From sequence record SRR9188677_124: a stretch of 20,000 nt of DNA, one strand, 5' to 3'. Shown here in pieces: positions 1 through 8,148 of this stretch (position 1 is its first letter; each line of letters starts with the position of its first letter). Under the pieces are notes generated by a model. That model was not told the DNA's origin and did no database searches. It saw only the letters and a program-made list of their open reading frames with translations. A program made the translations under genes and the position numbers.

Positions 1-2
1 GA

Positions 3-239
3 GTTCTTCTGATACAGACAAAAAACCTCGGCGAAACTTTTCAGATCACGTTCACTGATAATGGATGCGGAATCAGTGAAGAGAATATCGAGAAGATATT
101 CGAGCCATATTATACCGGCAAAAACAATGGAATGGGCATTGGTCTCGCCACGACAATGAGCGTTATTCATGCTCACCACGGTAGGATTGATGTCCAATCG
201 AAGGTTGGAGAAGGAACCACATTCACGATTAGCTTTTGA
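3..239 (+). CDS. C-terminal fragment (HATPase_c domain) of a sensor histidine kinase; gene starts upstream of the window
   Basis: Manual translation of frame 3: VLLIQTKNLGETFQITFTDNGCGISEENIEKIFEPYYTGKNNGMGIGLATTMSVIHAHHGRIDVQSKVGEGTTFTISF*. It contains G1 (DNGCG), F (IFEPY) and G2 (GMGIGL) boxes and the terminal GTTF. TGA at 237-239. Confidence 0.92.
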   Translation, partial: VLLIQTKNLGETFQITFTDNGCGISEENIEKIFEPYYTGKNNGMGIGLATTMSVIHAHHGRIDVQSKVGEGTTFTISF

Positions 240-364
240 ATAAAACTTGTTTAAAAGCCAGTAATCAAAAAGTATACAATACATTTTAGAAAATCTCAAC
301 TTTTGAAAATCTCCGATCAGTATTAACTTCCGCCTTTCAGGGCCTTTGTAAATAGCGTCGCATC

Positions 365-850
365 ATGAGATTTCTCTACCTTACCCTTTGCCTCTTGACT
401 TGTTCATTAGTTCAAGGCCAAAATTTTATTCTTCCCCAGGGCGAATACATGGATACGACAGTAAACATCAGCCCAAAATGTGATTCCATAAATGTCTTTC
501 AGTATTATCAGGTCGTTACCAGATATCCGGAAAGTTCGATGGCCGTTTTAAGTGGTACGAAAGACTTTTTAAATAAACAAGGAAAAAAATACACCGGAAC
601 TGGCTATGTGACATTGAGATTCATCGTTGATTGTGAAGGTATTATACATAGGGTGAAGGTATTACAGGTTGACGAAAACTACCAAACTCACAGATTTGAT
701 AAAGATTTTGTGAGTGACCTGAATGACTACATTCATACCCTCGACAAGTGGGAGAAAAACCTCTCGATTGAGAATTATAAAAACATAAATTACATCGCTT
801 ACATCTCTTTTAAGATTAAAAATGGTGAAATCGTTAATGTTATTTATTAG
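365..850 (+). CDS. Exported hypothetical protein with a possible TonB C-terminal-like fold
   Basis: 161-aa ORF with signal peptide MRFLYLTLCLLTCSLVQG followed by Q. The segment GYVTLRFIVDCEG...VKVL resembles the TonB_C pattern GxVxvxFxVdxxG. The fold call is by eye only. Confidence 0.7.
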   Translation: MRFLYLTLCLLTCSLVQGQNFILPQGEYMDTTVNISPKCDSINVFQYYQVVTRYPESSMAVLSGTKDFLNKQGKKYTGTGYVTLRFIVDCEGIIHRVKVLQVDENYQTHRFDKDFVSDLNDYIHTLDKWEKNLSIENYKNINYIAYISFKIKNGEIVNVIY

Positions 851-1637
851 TGGATTAGCATGGTCGTTCAGCTGTTTTTCTCAGCAGGCGATTGATTGCA
901 ATTCAAAAGTTGTTCAGGATAGCCTGTTTGAGTTATATTCAAATAGAGCAAGGAATTTCAGCTGGAATGAACCGGGGTGGGACGCGACATACGACACGCT
1001 AATCGCAATTTGTCCGAATATCGCGGAAGCATATCAGGAAAAAGGCCTTCCACACGTTGCCAATGGGAATTTGCAAAAGGCATTCGAGTACAACAATAAA
1101 GCGGTCGAACTGGATCCGGAGCGTTGGACAGCCTACAGGGGCTATTTGCATTGCATCTACGCGAAAAATTATGAAAAGGCCATTATTGATTTCGAAACGG
1201 CCGAAAAATTAACTCCTTTTGGATTTATTCAGGATCACTCTTTTCCTTTTTACATGGCTTTAAGTTATATGGAAATGGGCGTTTATGACAAGGCAGAGCA
1301 GTATTTCCTTAAAGATATCGCTGTGCAAAAGAGAGGAGAAGGTCAAAACGACATCCATTTCAATACATTAGCGTATTTCGGAATACTATATTATTTACAG
1401 AATGAATTTGACAAGGCGGAAATGTATTTGAAAGATTGTCTTCAATTGTACGACCTCCATCCCATGGCCAATTACTACATGGCAATGACCTTTAAAGCCA
1501 CAGGAAATAAGCAGCAGGATCATTATTTTGAAAAAGCAAAACAGTCGATACAAGAGGGTTACAAGATAAATGAGCCCAATTCCCTCTACGTAAGTTACCC
1601 CAGACAGATTACTCTTTTCGAGATTGAAAAGCGTTAG
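822..1637 (+). CDS. Exported tetratricopeptide repeat (TPR) protein
   Basis: 271-aa ORF, alternative ATG at 837. Signal peptide ends at about CFS|QQ. Repeated TPR-like helix pairs: AEAYQEKG...AFEYNNKAVELDP, AYRGYLH...YEKAIIDFETAEKL, FYMALSYMEMGVYDKAEQYF, YFGILYYLQNEFDKAEMYLKDCL. Overlaps the upstream gene. Confidence 0.85.
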   Translation: MVKSLMLFISGLAWSFSCFSQQAIDCNSKVVQDSLFELYSNRARNFSWNEPGWDATYDTLIAICPNIAEAYQEKGLPHVANGNLQKAFEYNNKAVELDPERWTAYRGYLHCIYAKNYEKAIIDFETAEKLTPFGFIQDHSFPFYMALSYMEMGVYDKAEQYFLKDIAVQKRGEGQNDIHFNTLAYFGILYYLQNEFDKAEMYLKDCLQLYDLHPMANYYMAMTFKATGNKQQDHYFEKAKQSIQEGYKINEPNSLYVSYPRQITLFEIEKR

Positions 1638-1704
1638 ATTTTCTGGTATCTCATGCAACGATCGATATTTGCCAAGCGTAATGGTTATCATAGAATCTTA
1701 TGCT

Positions 1705-2616
1705 ATGAAGCCGACTCTTACACTCCTTTTCCTGATTGTCTTTGTCTATGATACATTGGCGCAGGGTAGTTCTGACTATTATCGTCCACCGCTTCCAAGC
1801 CCAATCGGAACGAAATCAATCGGCTCAAAACCCTATAATGCCGAATCGCTACTCAAAACGTTTGGGGATGTCCGTGTTTTGAACCGATGGTATGTTGGAG
1901 CGAACGGTTTTATTCGTACTGACAAAAATAAATTGTCGAACTCTTTCGACGGATTGATTTCAACACAATCGCCAGCCTCAGCCGGCTGGAGCGCATCGGT
2001 TGGTTGGGTTTCGAGTGAAAACTGGACTATAGAAGTGGAATATGCCAGATCTGCGATTCACAACGTGCTTTTAATTAACGGAGATAATCCACTTTCATAC
2101 AAATTTTCAAATGACAAAAACAGCCTCGTCCTACGTGGTAAGAGACGTTTACTGTTTGGGAAATCTTTGTCATCCATTCGTCGTTCTGCATTTTGGATTG
2201 GTGGAGGAGTAGGGATGATTCCTAATACCGGGAAGCAAAAAGATTACTGGGAATTTTCAGGTTACAGAAGCTTGGGAAGACGGCTGGCAATTGACACATT
2301 ATTTATAACGAGCGATACCCGAACGAGTAGTCATATTACTGGAGCGCTGGAAGCATCAGCAGAATACATTATTAAAGTTTCAAAGGTAATTGATTTAAGC
2401 TTTTATGGAAGGAAGCAGTGGGGACTTGGAAATTCGCTGACTACCAATTTGGCATATTACATAAATCACCAGCAAACAGAAACTGCAAAAATTACGGGAG
2501 ATGGGAGTGGTTGGAGCTTCGGAGTTTCCTTGAGATATGTGATGCATTTGGGTTACGACTTCGCCAAATTAAATTCCCACAGATCGAAAGCCGAAGAACA
2601 GGATCCCAATTTGTAG
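1705..2616 (+). CDS. Probable outer-membrane beta-barrel protein
   Basis: The ORF track starts at 1624, but ATG 1705 gives a clean signal peptide MKPTLTLLFLIVFVYDTLA|Q. Alternating amphipathic, aromatic/Gly-rich strands follow (WYVGANG, WSASVGWV, WTIEVEY, FWIGGGVGM, LEASAEYII, WSFGVSLRY). Confidence 0.7.
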   Translation: MKPTLTLLFLIVFVYDTLAQGSSDYYRPPLPSPIGTKSIGSKPYNAESLLKTFGDVRVLNRWYVGANGFIRTDKNKLSNSFDGLISTQSPASAGWSASVGWVSSENWTIEVEYARSAIHNVLLINGDNPLSYKFSNDKNSLVLRGKRRLLFGKSLSSIRRSAFWIGGGVGMIPNTGKQKDYWEFSGYRSLGRRLAIDTLFITSDTRTSSHITGALEASAEYIIKVSKVIDLSFYGRKQWGLGNSLTTNLAYYINHQQTETAKITGDGSGWSFGVSLRYVMHLGYDFAKLNSHRSKAEEQDPNL

Positions 2617-2617
2617 A

Positions 2618-2788
2618 TCAGTTTGCTAAGTTGATTTCGGCTCTTATTTTAGCTACAAAATCGATAGAGACGTCTGTGGCAGATGCAATTTGCTCGTTCG
2701 TGAGAACCGAAGCTTTAATAAGATTCCGTATAATTTTCTCAGTGCCAATCTTAACACCTTTTTCTACAAAAATATCTGCCGTGCTCAT
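2618..2788 (-). CDS. Putative nested small protein (RpnS-like, 56 aa) translated from an internal in-frame ATG of the Rpn gene
   Basis: The minus strand reads TAAAGGAAACAGTT-ATG with ATG at 2788-2786, giving MSTADIFVEKGVKIGTEKIIRNLIKASVLTNEQIASATDVSIDFVAKIRAEINLAN. The position matches the Met that begins RpnS in characterised enterobacterial Rpn genes. Translation is not demonstrated. Confidence 0.5.
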   Translation of the reverse strand: MSTADIFVEKGVKIGTEKIIRNLIKASVLTNEQIASATDVSIDFVAKIRAEINLAN

Positions 2789-3517
2789 AACTGTTTCCTT
2801 TAATGTTATTGGGAGTAATTCTAATAATTCTAAAATTTTCGATTCTATCGAGCCGCTATTGTTAAACAGATAAACGGTTAAACTTTTTTGTAAGTTCATT
2901 GAAGCTTCCGCTGCCAAAATCAAAATTCGTCGTAAATTTTGTTCAAGCCAGTCCTTTTGGAAACTATACTTTAATGAAAGCAGAGATGCCACCAAAAACT
3001 TATTGTTCAATGCTTCCACTTGGTCATCAGGTATTTCTCCCAGATTATTGTAAATGTAATCAAAGTCGGGAACATACTGACCCCATCCCGTTTCCAGACT
3101 TTCAAACAAATTTAAAAGCGTCTGATACTCCCATTTGCCTCTTCCATGATAAAGCAAAATTGGAATAATAACCGAAAGTTTCTCTTTGTTATCAAGTTGC
3201 TTTTGGAGACCAGAGAAAATATAACCTCCAATTTGAACAGCTGTGTATCTATCAGGAAAGCTTTTGTGTTCAATAAGCAAACTCACCTTTATCTCATCGT
3301 TACCATCCAATTTCTTGCAACTATAAACGATATCTGACATCGTCTTTTGCAATTCTTTCGAAAGATATGTATCAGGAAGTTGCGTGAGTGTTGAAAAGTT
3401 AAGCTTGCTGGTAACGAAGCTCGGAAGATAATTTTGGAAGTAATCTTTTGCGACTTCCTTGTCGGCTAGTATAGTTCTGATGAATTTGTCGTGAACCGAA
3501 TTTATCTTGTTACCCAT
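2618..3517 (-). CDS. Rpn/YhgA family recombination-promoting nuclease / putative transposase (PD-(D/E)xK, Transposase_31-like)
   Basis: Family motifs HDKFIR, SDIVYS, LLIEHKS, IIPILLYHG, and a C-terminal MSTADIFVEKG...IASATDVS helical tail. The preferred start is ATG 3517 (MGNKINSVHD) rather than the track start at 3619. Confidence 0.9.
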   Translation of the reverse strand: MGNKINSVHDKFIRTILADKEVAKDYFQNYLPSFVTSKLNFSTLTQLPDTYLSKELQKTMSDIVYSCKKLDGNDEIKVSLLIEHKSFPDRYTAVQIGGYIFSGLQKQLDNKEKLSVIIPILLYHGRGKWEYQTLLNLFESLETGWGQYVPDFDYIYNNLGEIPDDQVEALNNKFLVASLLSLKYSFQKDWLEQNLRRILILAAEASMNLQKSLTVYLFNNSGSIESKILELLELLPITLKETVMSTADIFVEKGVKIGTEKIIRNLIKASVLTNEQIASATDVSIDFVAKIRAEINLAN

Positions 3518-3640
3518 TAGCAATTGCTTAGTTTTTTGCGGAAAAGAATAAGCTATTATTCCTGTCACTAAATATTGATACGGAGCAAAGGCAAATAAGT
3601 AATTGACACATTCTGACAAACACTAAAACAACGAACCTAA

Positions 3641-3679
3641 AACAACAAAAAACTGCCTCTTTAAGCGAACAGGCAGTTT
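3641..3679 (-). terminator. Rho-independent terminator downstream of czcA
   Basis: Inverted repeat AAACTGCCT (3650-3658) / AGGCAGTTT (3671-3679). On the minus strand the hairpin runs into TTTTTTGTTGTT, about 25 nt after the czcA stop. Confidence 0.75.
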
Positions 3680-3704
3680 CTGACTAACAAATCCTCATTA
3701 TTTT

Positions 3705-6700
3705 TTAAGCAAGCGCTCTCTTCTTCCGATTGAAAAATGCATAGATGATCGGGAAGATAAGTAAGGTCAATATGGTTGCGGTAATTAATCCGCCGATTAC
3801 GACAATAGCCAGTGGTTTTTGCGTTTCTGAGCCAATACCAGTGGATGTTGCAGCCGGAAGCAAGCCGATTGCCGCCATAAGCGCGGTCATAATAACCGGC
3901 CTGATACGGGATTTTACTCCTTCCCTTATGGCATCATCCAGAGGCATTCGTGCGGCGAGATTTTTATTAAATACGGAAATAAGAATTACCCCATTCTGCA
4001 CACACAACCCAAACAAGGCGATAAATCCTACCCCAGCTGAAATCCCGAAGTTCATATTGGTAATATGTAAAGCAAGAATACCTCCAATCAAAGCAAAAGG
4101 TACATTTATCAAAACCAAACCTGCATCTTTTGCATTACTGAACATGATGAAAAGAAGTATAAAAATCCCGATCAAACTAATTGGCACCACTTGTCCCAAA
4201 CGCGCAGTTGCACGAACCTGGTTTTCAAATTCGCCCGACCAATTTATATAGTATCCTTTTGGTAAAGATTTCAATAAGGGTTTCACACGGCTTTGCGCAT
4301 CAGCAATGGTACTTCCTAAATCACGTTCCCGAACCGAGAATTTTACCCCAATAAAACGCTTGTTATTATCGCGGTAGACAAATGCCGGGCCGGTAATTGT
4401 CCTGATCGTGGAAATCTCTTTTAAAGGTATTTTTCCACCTGTTAGCGTCGGTACCATCAATTGCTGTATGTCATTTACATCACGGCGATATTGTTGGTCG
4501 TATCGCAGTCGAATGTCAAATTTGCGCTCGCCTTCGTAAAGAATTGAAGCTGTTTTACCGCCAATGGCCATTTCAATAACAGCCTGTACATCAGCGGTAC
4601 TAACGCCATATTGTGCCATCTTGTGATCATGAAGCATCACACTTATCTCAGGCTGACCAATGTTTCTCAAAATACCAACATCCTTAATGCCCGGAACGTT
4701 TTTTATTGCTTCTAAAACCTCGTTAGCTTTGATGTTAAGCGTTTCCAAATCATCTCCGTAGATTTTCACGGCGTTACTGGCGTTCATTCCAGCTACTGCT
4801 TCCGCTACGTTATCAATGATCGGCTGCGAATAATTGTAGTTGATCCCCTGGAACTGTTTCAACTTCTTATCCATCTCCTCAATAAGATCATCCTGACTTA
4901 TATTTCGTTTCCACTCATCTTTTGGTTTTAGATTCACCTGCATTTGAACATAGTAGAACCCGGATGGGTCCGTTCCGTCATTGGATCGGCCCGTTTGCGA
5001 TAGCACGCCATTCACTTCGGGAAACTCATTCAGCTTGGCCCGAAGAACGGTTACCATTTTGATCGTTTCGTTAAGCGAACTGCTCATCGGCATTTTTGCT
5101 TCAACCCAAAGTGCCCCTTCATTGAGCGTGGGAAGAAATTCGGTACCAAGTAAGGTTGAGGAAAACAAGCTTATACCCATAAAAGCCAGGGAAAACAAAA
5201 CACTGATTTTCTTATGGGCAAAGCACCAGTTAAAACCATTTATGACAATGCTATCAAAGAATCGTACGATTGGGTTACTTTTTTCCCGAACGTTTTTATT
5301 AAGTAAAAAGGAACAAAGTACCGGCACGAGCGTCAGCGTATACAATAGAGCGCCCATTAGAGCGAACCCAAGCGTATATGCAAGCGGCGTGAACATTTTT
5401 CCTTCTACTTTCTGAAAGCTGAAAATAGGGATCAATGCGATAATAATGATCAGTTTAGAGAAAAATATCGCCTTACCTAACTCACCACCTGTTTTCTTGA
5501 TCAGTCCAAGTTTTGAAAGTTTGTTAAACCTGTCCATTCCATTTTTGTGCGCCAGATGATCCAGCGCAACAAAAATCCCTTCGACCATAACTACGGCCCC
5601 ATCTATAATGATACCAAAATCTATCGCCCCCATCGACAATAGGTTTGCCGACATTCCTTTAAGCCTGAGGCACATAAATGCAAAGAGCAAAGCAAGCGGA
5701 ATGATGATGGAAACAATGACGGTTGTCCGCCAGTCAGCCATAAAAAGGAAGACGATAACTGTTACCAGCACAATCCCCTCAATCAAATTATGCTTCACGG
5801 TATGAGCACAAAATTCGATCAGATTATCCCTGTCATAGAAGGTTACCATTTTTACATCTGGCGGCAAAATTTTGGTATTCAGCTCTTCAACCTTATCCTT
5901 TATACGCGCCAGAACTTCACTCGGATTTTCACCTTTACGCTGTACGACAATGCCTTCAACTACATCATCATTGTCATCAAGTCCAACCTGGCCGACTCGA
6001 GGCATATCTGATTCCTTCACCGAAGCCACATCGCGCACCAGAACGGGATTGTCTTTGACATATTCGACAATAATGTTTTCAATATCTGATATCGAATTAA
6101 GAAGCCCGATTCCCCTTACAACGTACGCCTGCCCATTTTTCTCGATCACATCACCGCCGACATTGATATTGCTTTTGGTAACAGCCTGATAGACTTCAAG
6201 CGGCGTAATATTATACTTTACAAGCTTGGTAGGATTGACCTGAACTTCGTAGATCTTTTGTCTGCCGCCAAAAGCAACCACATCTGCAACTCCTGGAATA
6301 CTTCTTAGCTGGCGATCAATAACCCAGTTATGAAGCGTTAATAACTCCCGGCTATCCCTATCCTTGCTTTTCAAAGTAAAACGAAAAATCTCACCAGTCG
6401 GGCCATATGGTGGCTGAACATCAGGTTCTACGCCTTCTGGCAACGATATATTCCTTAGCTGGTTGTTCACCTGTTGCCTCGCAAAGAAATCTTCTACATT
6501 GTCATCGAATATGATCTTGATAATACTCAGCCCAAACATGGTAATGCTCCGCACATTACTTTTTTGCTGAACCGAGTTCATCGCTACCTCAATAGGCACA
6601 GTCACAAAGCGCTCGATCTCCTCTGCACTTCGCCCGTTCCATTGCGTTACAATGATAATTTGCGTGTTGGTAACATCCGGAAAAGCTTCCAGCGGAGTGT

Positions 6701-6806
6701 CACGATAGCTGACAATACCTGCAACGATCAGCAAGCCCGTCATAAAGAAAATGAAAAAGCGGTTTTTAAGAGAAAAACCAACTATTCCCCTGATAAATTT
6801 ATTCAT
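3705..6806 (-). CDS. czcA: CusA/CzcA family heavy-metal efflux RND permease (CzcA-like subtype)
   Basis: About 1033 aa from ATG 6806 (MNKFIRGIVGFSLKNR). Motifs AFPDVTN, GRSAEEIER, TM4 AIDFGIIIDGAVVMVE (the DFG form typical of CzcA-type divalent-cation pumps), RIRPVIMTA and GSETQKPLAIVVIGGL. Confidence 0.95.
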   Translation of the reverse strand: MNKFIRGIVGFSLKNRFFIFFMTGLLIVAGIVSYRDTPLEAFPDVTNTQIIIVTQWNGRSAEEIERFVTVPIEVAMNSVQQKSNVRSITMFGLSIIKIIFDDNVEDFFARQQVNNQLRNISLPEGVEPDVQPPYGPTGEIFRFTLKSKDRDSRELLTLHNWVIDRQLRSIPGVADVVAFGGRQKIYEVQVNPTKLVKYNITPLEVYQAVTKSNINVGGDVIEKNGQAYVVRGIGLLNSISDIENIIVEYVKDNPVLVRDVASVKESDMPRVGQVGLDDNDDVVEGIVVQRKGENPSEVLARIKDKVEELNTKILPPDVKMVTFYDRDNLIEFCAHTVKHNLIEGIVLVTVIVFLFMADWRTTVIVSIIIPLALLFAFMCLRLKGMSANLLSMGAIDFGIIIDGAVVMVEGIFVALDHLAHKNGMDRFNKLSKLGLIKKTGGELGKAIFFSKLIIIIALIPIFSFQKVEGKMFTPLAYTLGFALMGALLYTLTLVPVLCSFLLNKNVREKSNPIVRFFDSIVINGFNWCFAHKKISVLFSLAFMGISLFSSTLLGTEFLPTLNEGALWVEAKMPMSSSLNETIKMVTVLRAKLNEFPEVNGVLSQTGRSNDGTDPSGFYYVQMQVNLKPKDEWKRNISQDDLIEEMDKKLKQFQGINYNYSQPIIDNVAEAVAGMNASNAVKIYGDDLETLNIKANEVLEAIKNVPGIKDVGILRNIGQPEISVMLHDHKMAQYGVSTADVQAVIEMAIGGKTASILYEGERKFDIRLRYDQQYRRDVNDIQQLMVPTLTGGKIPLKEISTIRTITGPAFVYRDNNKRFIGVKFSVRERDLGSTIADAQSRVKPLLKSLPKGYYINWSGEFENQVRATARLGQVVPISLIGIFILLFIMFSNAKDAGLVLINVPFALIGGILALHITNMNFGISAGVGFIALFGLCVQNGVILISVFNKNLAARMPLDDAIREGVKSRIRPVIMTALMAAIGLLPAATSTGIGSETQKPLAIVVIGGLITATILTLLIFPIIYAFFNRKKRALA

Positions 6807-6812
6807 GTGAAT

Positions 6813-6996
6813 AATTTTGAATGATAGACCGGGTCGCCGGTGCGATGATGGAATGAGAGAATGTGTCGGCACGAAGTCGATCCGAATGAAAAATGAAGAA
6901 CTAAGAATGAAAAGGCCTTACAGACTCAAGGATTCACTTCTTGAAAGGCGGCAGAACAAGCCATTCACTCATTCTCTCATTCTATCATTCAAAATT
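6813..6996. repeat. Intergenic palindromic element built from 8-nt (GAATGNNN / CATTCNNN) and 7-nt repeats
   Basis: AATTTTGAATGATAGA (6813-6828) is the exact reverse complement of TCTATCATTCAAAATT (6981-6996). The right arm is CATTCACT CATTCTCT CATTCTAT CATTCAAA. Internal heptamers GAATGAA AAATGAA GAACTAA GAATGAA lie at 6884-6911. Confidence 0.85.
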
Positions 6997-7000
6997 GACC

Positions 7001-8089
7001 CTAGTCATTCAAGGCATCGTACACGAGTAGTTGGTTTTTGGAAATTATTGTTTCACCATCTTTCAGTCCGGTTTTAATGTAGGTACGATTAGCGAGTGAG
7101 CGATACACGTCTACTGGGCGTGTTTCGATTTTTGAACGACTATGGAACACCATTACCCAATTTTTACTACGGTCGAAAATGATGGCTTGCGAGGGAATAG
7201 CCTGCATTTCGCTTCCTTCAAGGAAATTCAAATTAACTGTTGCGTGCATTTCCGGTTTGAGTTTCAAGCCGACATTCTGCAACTGAATCCTGATTTTCAT
7301 CGCTTTCGTTTCCGGATCCAGAACGTTGTAGATCTTGTCAACCTTTCCTTTGAAAACCTCGTCGGGGAAACTAATCGTTTGTACATGGGCGGGCATTCCA
7401 AGCTGAATTCTTGGAATATCACTTTCATTCACATTTGCCATTATCCATACGTCTGCAATTTGCCCGACTGTAAAAAGACTTTCCGAATTGTCCGACCGGA
7501 GCTGTGTTCCTCGGTTAACGTTTTTTTTAATAATGAAACCGCTTATGGGCGAGGTAACTGTGTAATTGGTAGATTTTCCCAAACCATAAATAGAAAATAT
7601 CTCCTTCACGCGGCTTAGTTCGGCTTGTGCTTTGTCAACCATTTGCCTGGCCGTAATGGCATCTCTTTCGGGAACCAGCTTGCTTTCATATAGATCTTCT
7701 GTTGACGACAGGTTCTTTTGAGCGATAAGTAAGTCTGACTGAGCCTGAATCATCTCACGCTCAAAATCTGCAACTTCCCCCGAGCGTATTGTAGCCAGTT
7801 TCTGTCCCTTTTTAACATTATCTCCTAATTCTACATTTACATCTTCAACGTTTCCTCCTACAAGCGGGAAGATCTTAATAACCTGATTTTCATCCGGGAC
7901 CACTTTACCAACCAATGTCAGTTCGTTTCTAACCATTTCAGTTTTCACCGTGTCAAGTGTAATCCGATTCATCATCGTATCGGAAAGCATAAATGCCTTC
8001 GCTTCTTCCTCAACTTCCTTTTTCTTATTGCAGGAAAAAGTGCAGATACTTACGAGCGTAATCAAAAAGATATACGGGATATTTTTCAT
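7001..8089 (-). CDS. Efflux RND transporter periplasmic adaptor subunit (CzcB/CusB-like membrane fusion protein), probable lipoprotein
   Basis: ATG 8089 gives MKNIPYIFLITLVSICTFS-C (lipobox-like). Lipoyl-like halves VNVELGDNVKKGQKLATI and VTSPISGFI, plus LDPETKAMKIRI and LKPEM. Lies between the TolC and czcA genes. Confidence 0.93.
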   Translation of the reverse strand: MKNIPYIFLITLVSICTFSCNKKKEVEEEAKAFMLSDTMMNRITLDTVKTEMVRNELTLVGKVVPDENQVIKIFPLVGGNVEDVNVELGDNVKKGQKLATIRSGEVADFEREMIQAQSDLLIAQKNLSSTEDLYESKLVPERDAITARQMVDKAQAELSRVKEIFSIYGLGKSTNYTVTSPISGFIIKKNVNRGTQLRSDNSESLFTVGQIADVWIMANVNESDIPRIQLGMPAHVQTISFPDEVFKGKVDKIYNVLDPETKAMKIRIQLQNVGLKLKPEMHATVNLNFLEGSEMQAIPSQAIIFDRSKNWVMVFHSRSKIETRPVDVYRSLANRTYIKTGLKDGETIISKNQLLVYDALND

Positions 8090-8148
8090 TTTAATGGATA
8101 TGGATTTTTTCAAAATGCCTTGAATAAACTGTTAAAAGCTTTCTTGTT

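Noticed and set aside
289-313. Direct repeat GAAAATCTC x2 (289-297, 305-313) as a regulator site
   Set aside because: The 16-bp period puts the copies on opposite helix faces and matches neither OmpR (10-11) nor LytTR (about 21-22) spacing. It could be chance in AT-rich DNA.
1624-1704. Longer N-terminus for the beta-barrel gene
   Set aside because: The TTG start overlaps the TPR gene and would bury the signal peptide. ATG 1705 is more plausible.
2618-3619. Rpn gene as an IS element or active transposon
   Set aside because: No terminal inverted repeats, target duplication or DDE/HUH motifs were seen. The family's transposase label is historical.
6817-7077. 86-aa plus-strand ORF across the czcB-czcA spacer, and the 22-aa N-terminal extension of czcA (start 6872)
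   Set aside because: Both are read-throughs of the repeat element (MKNEELRMK, HSLILSF are translations of the heptamers and octamers). No protein-like features, and the ORF overlaps the adaptor gene in antisense.
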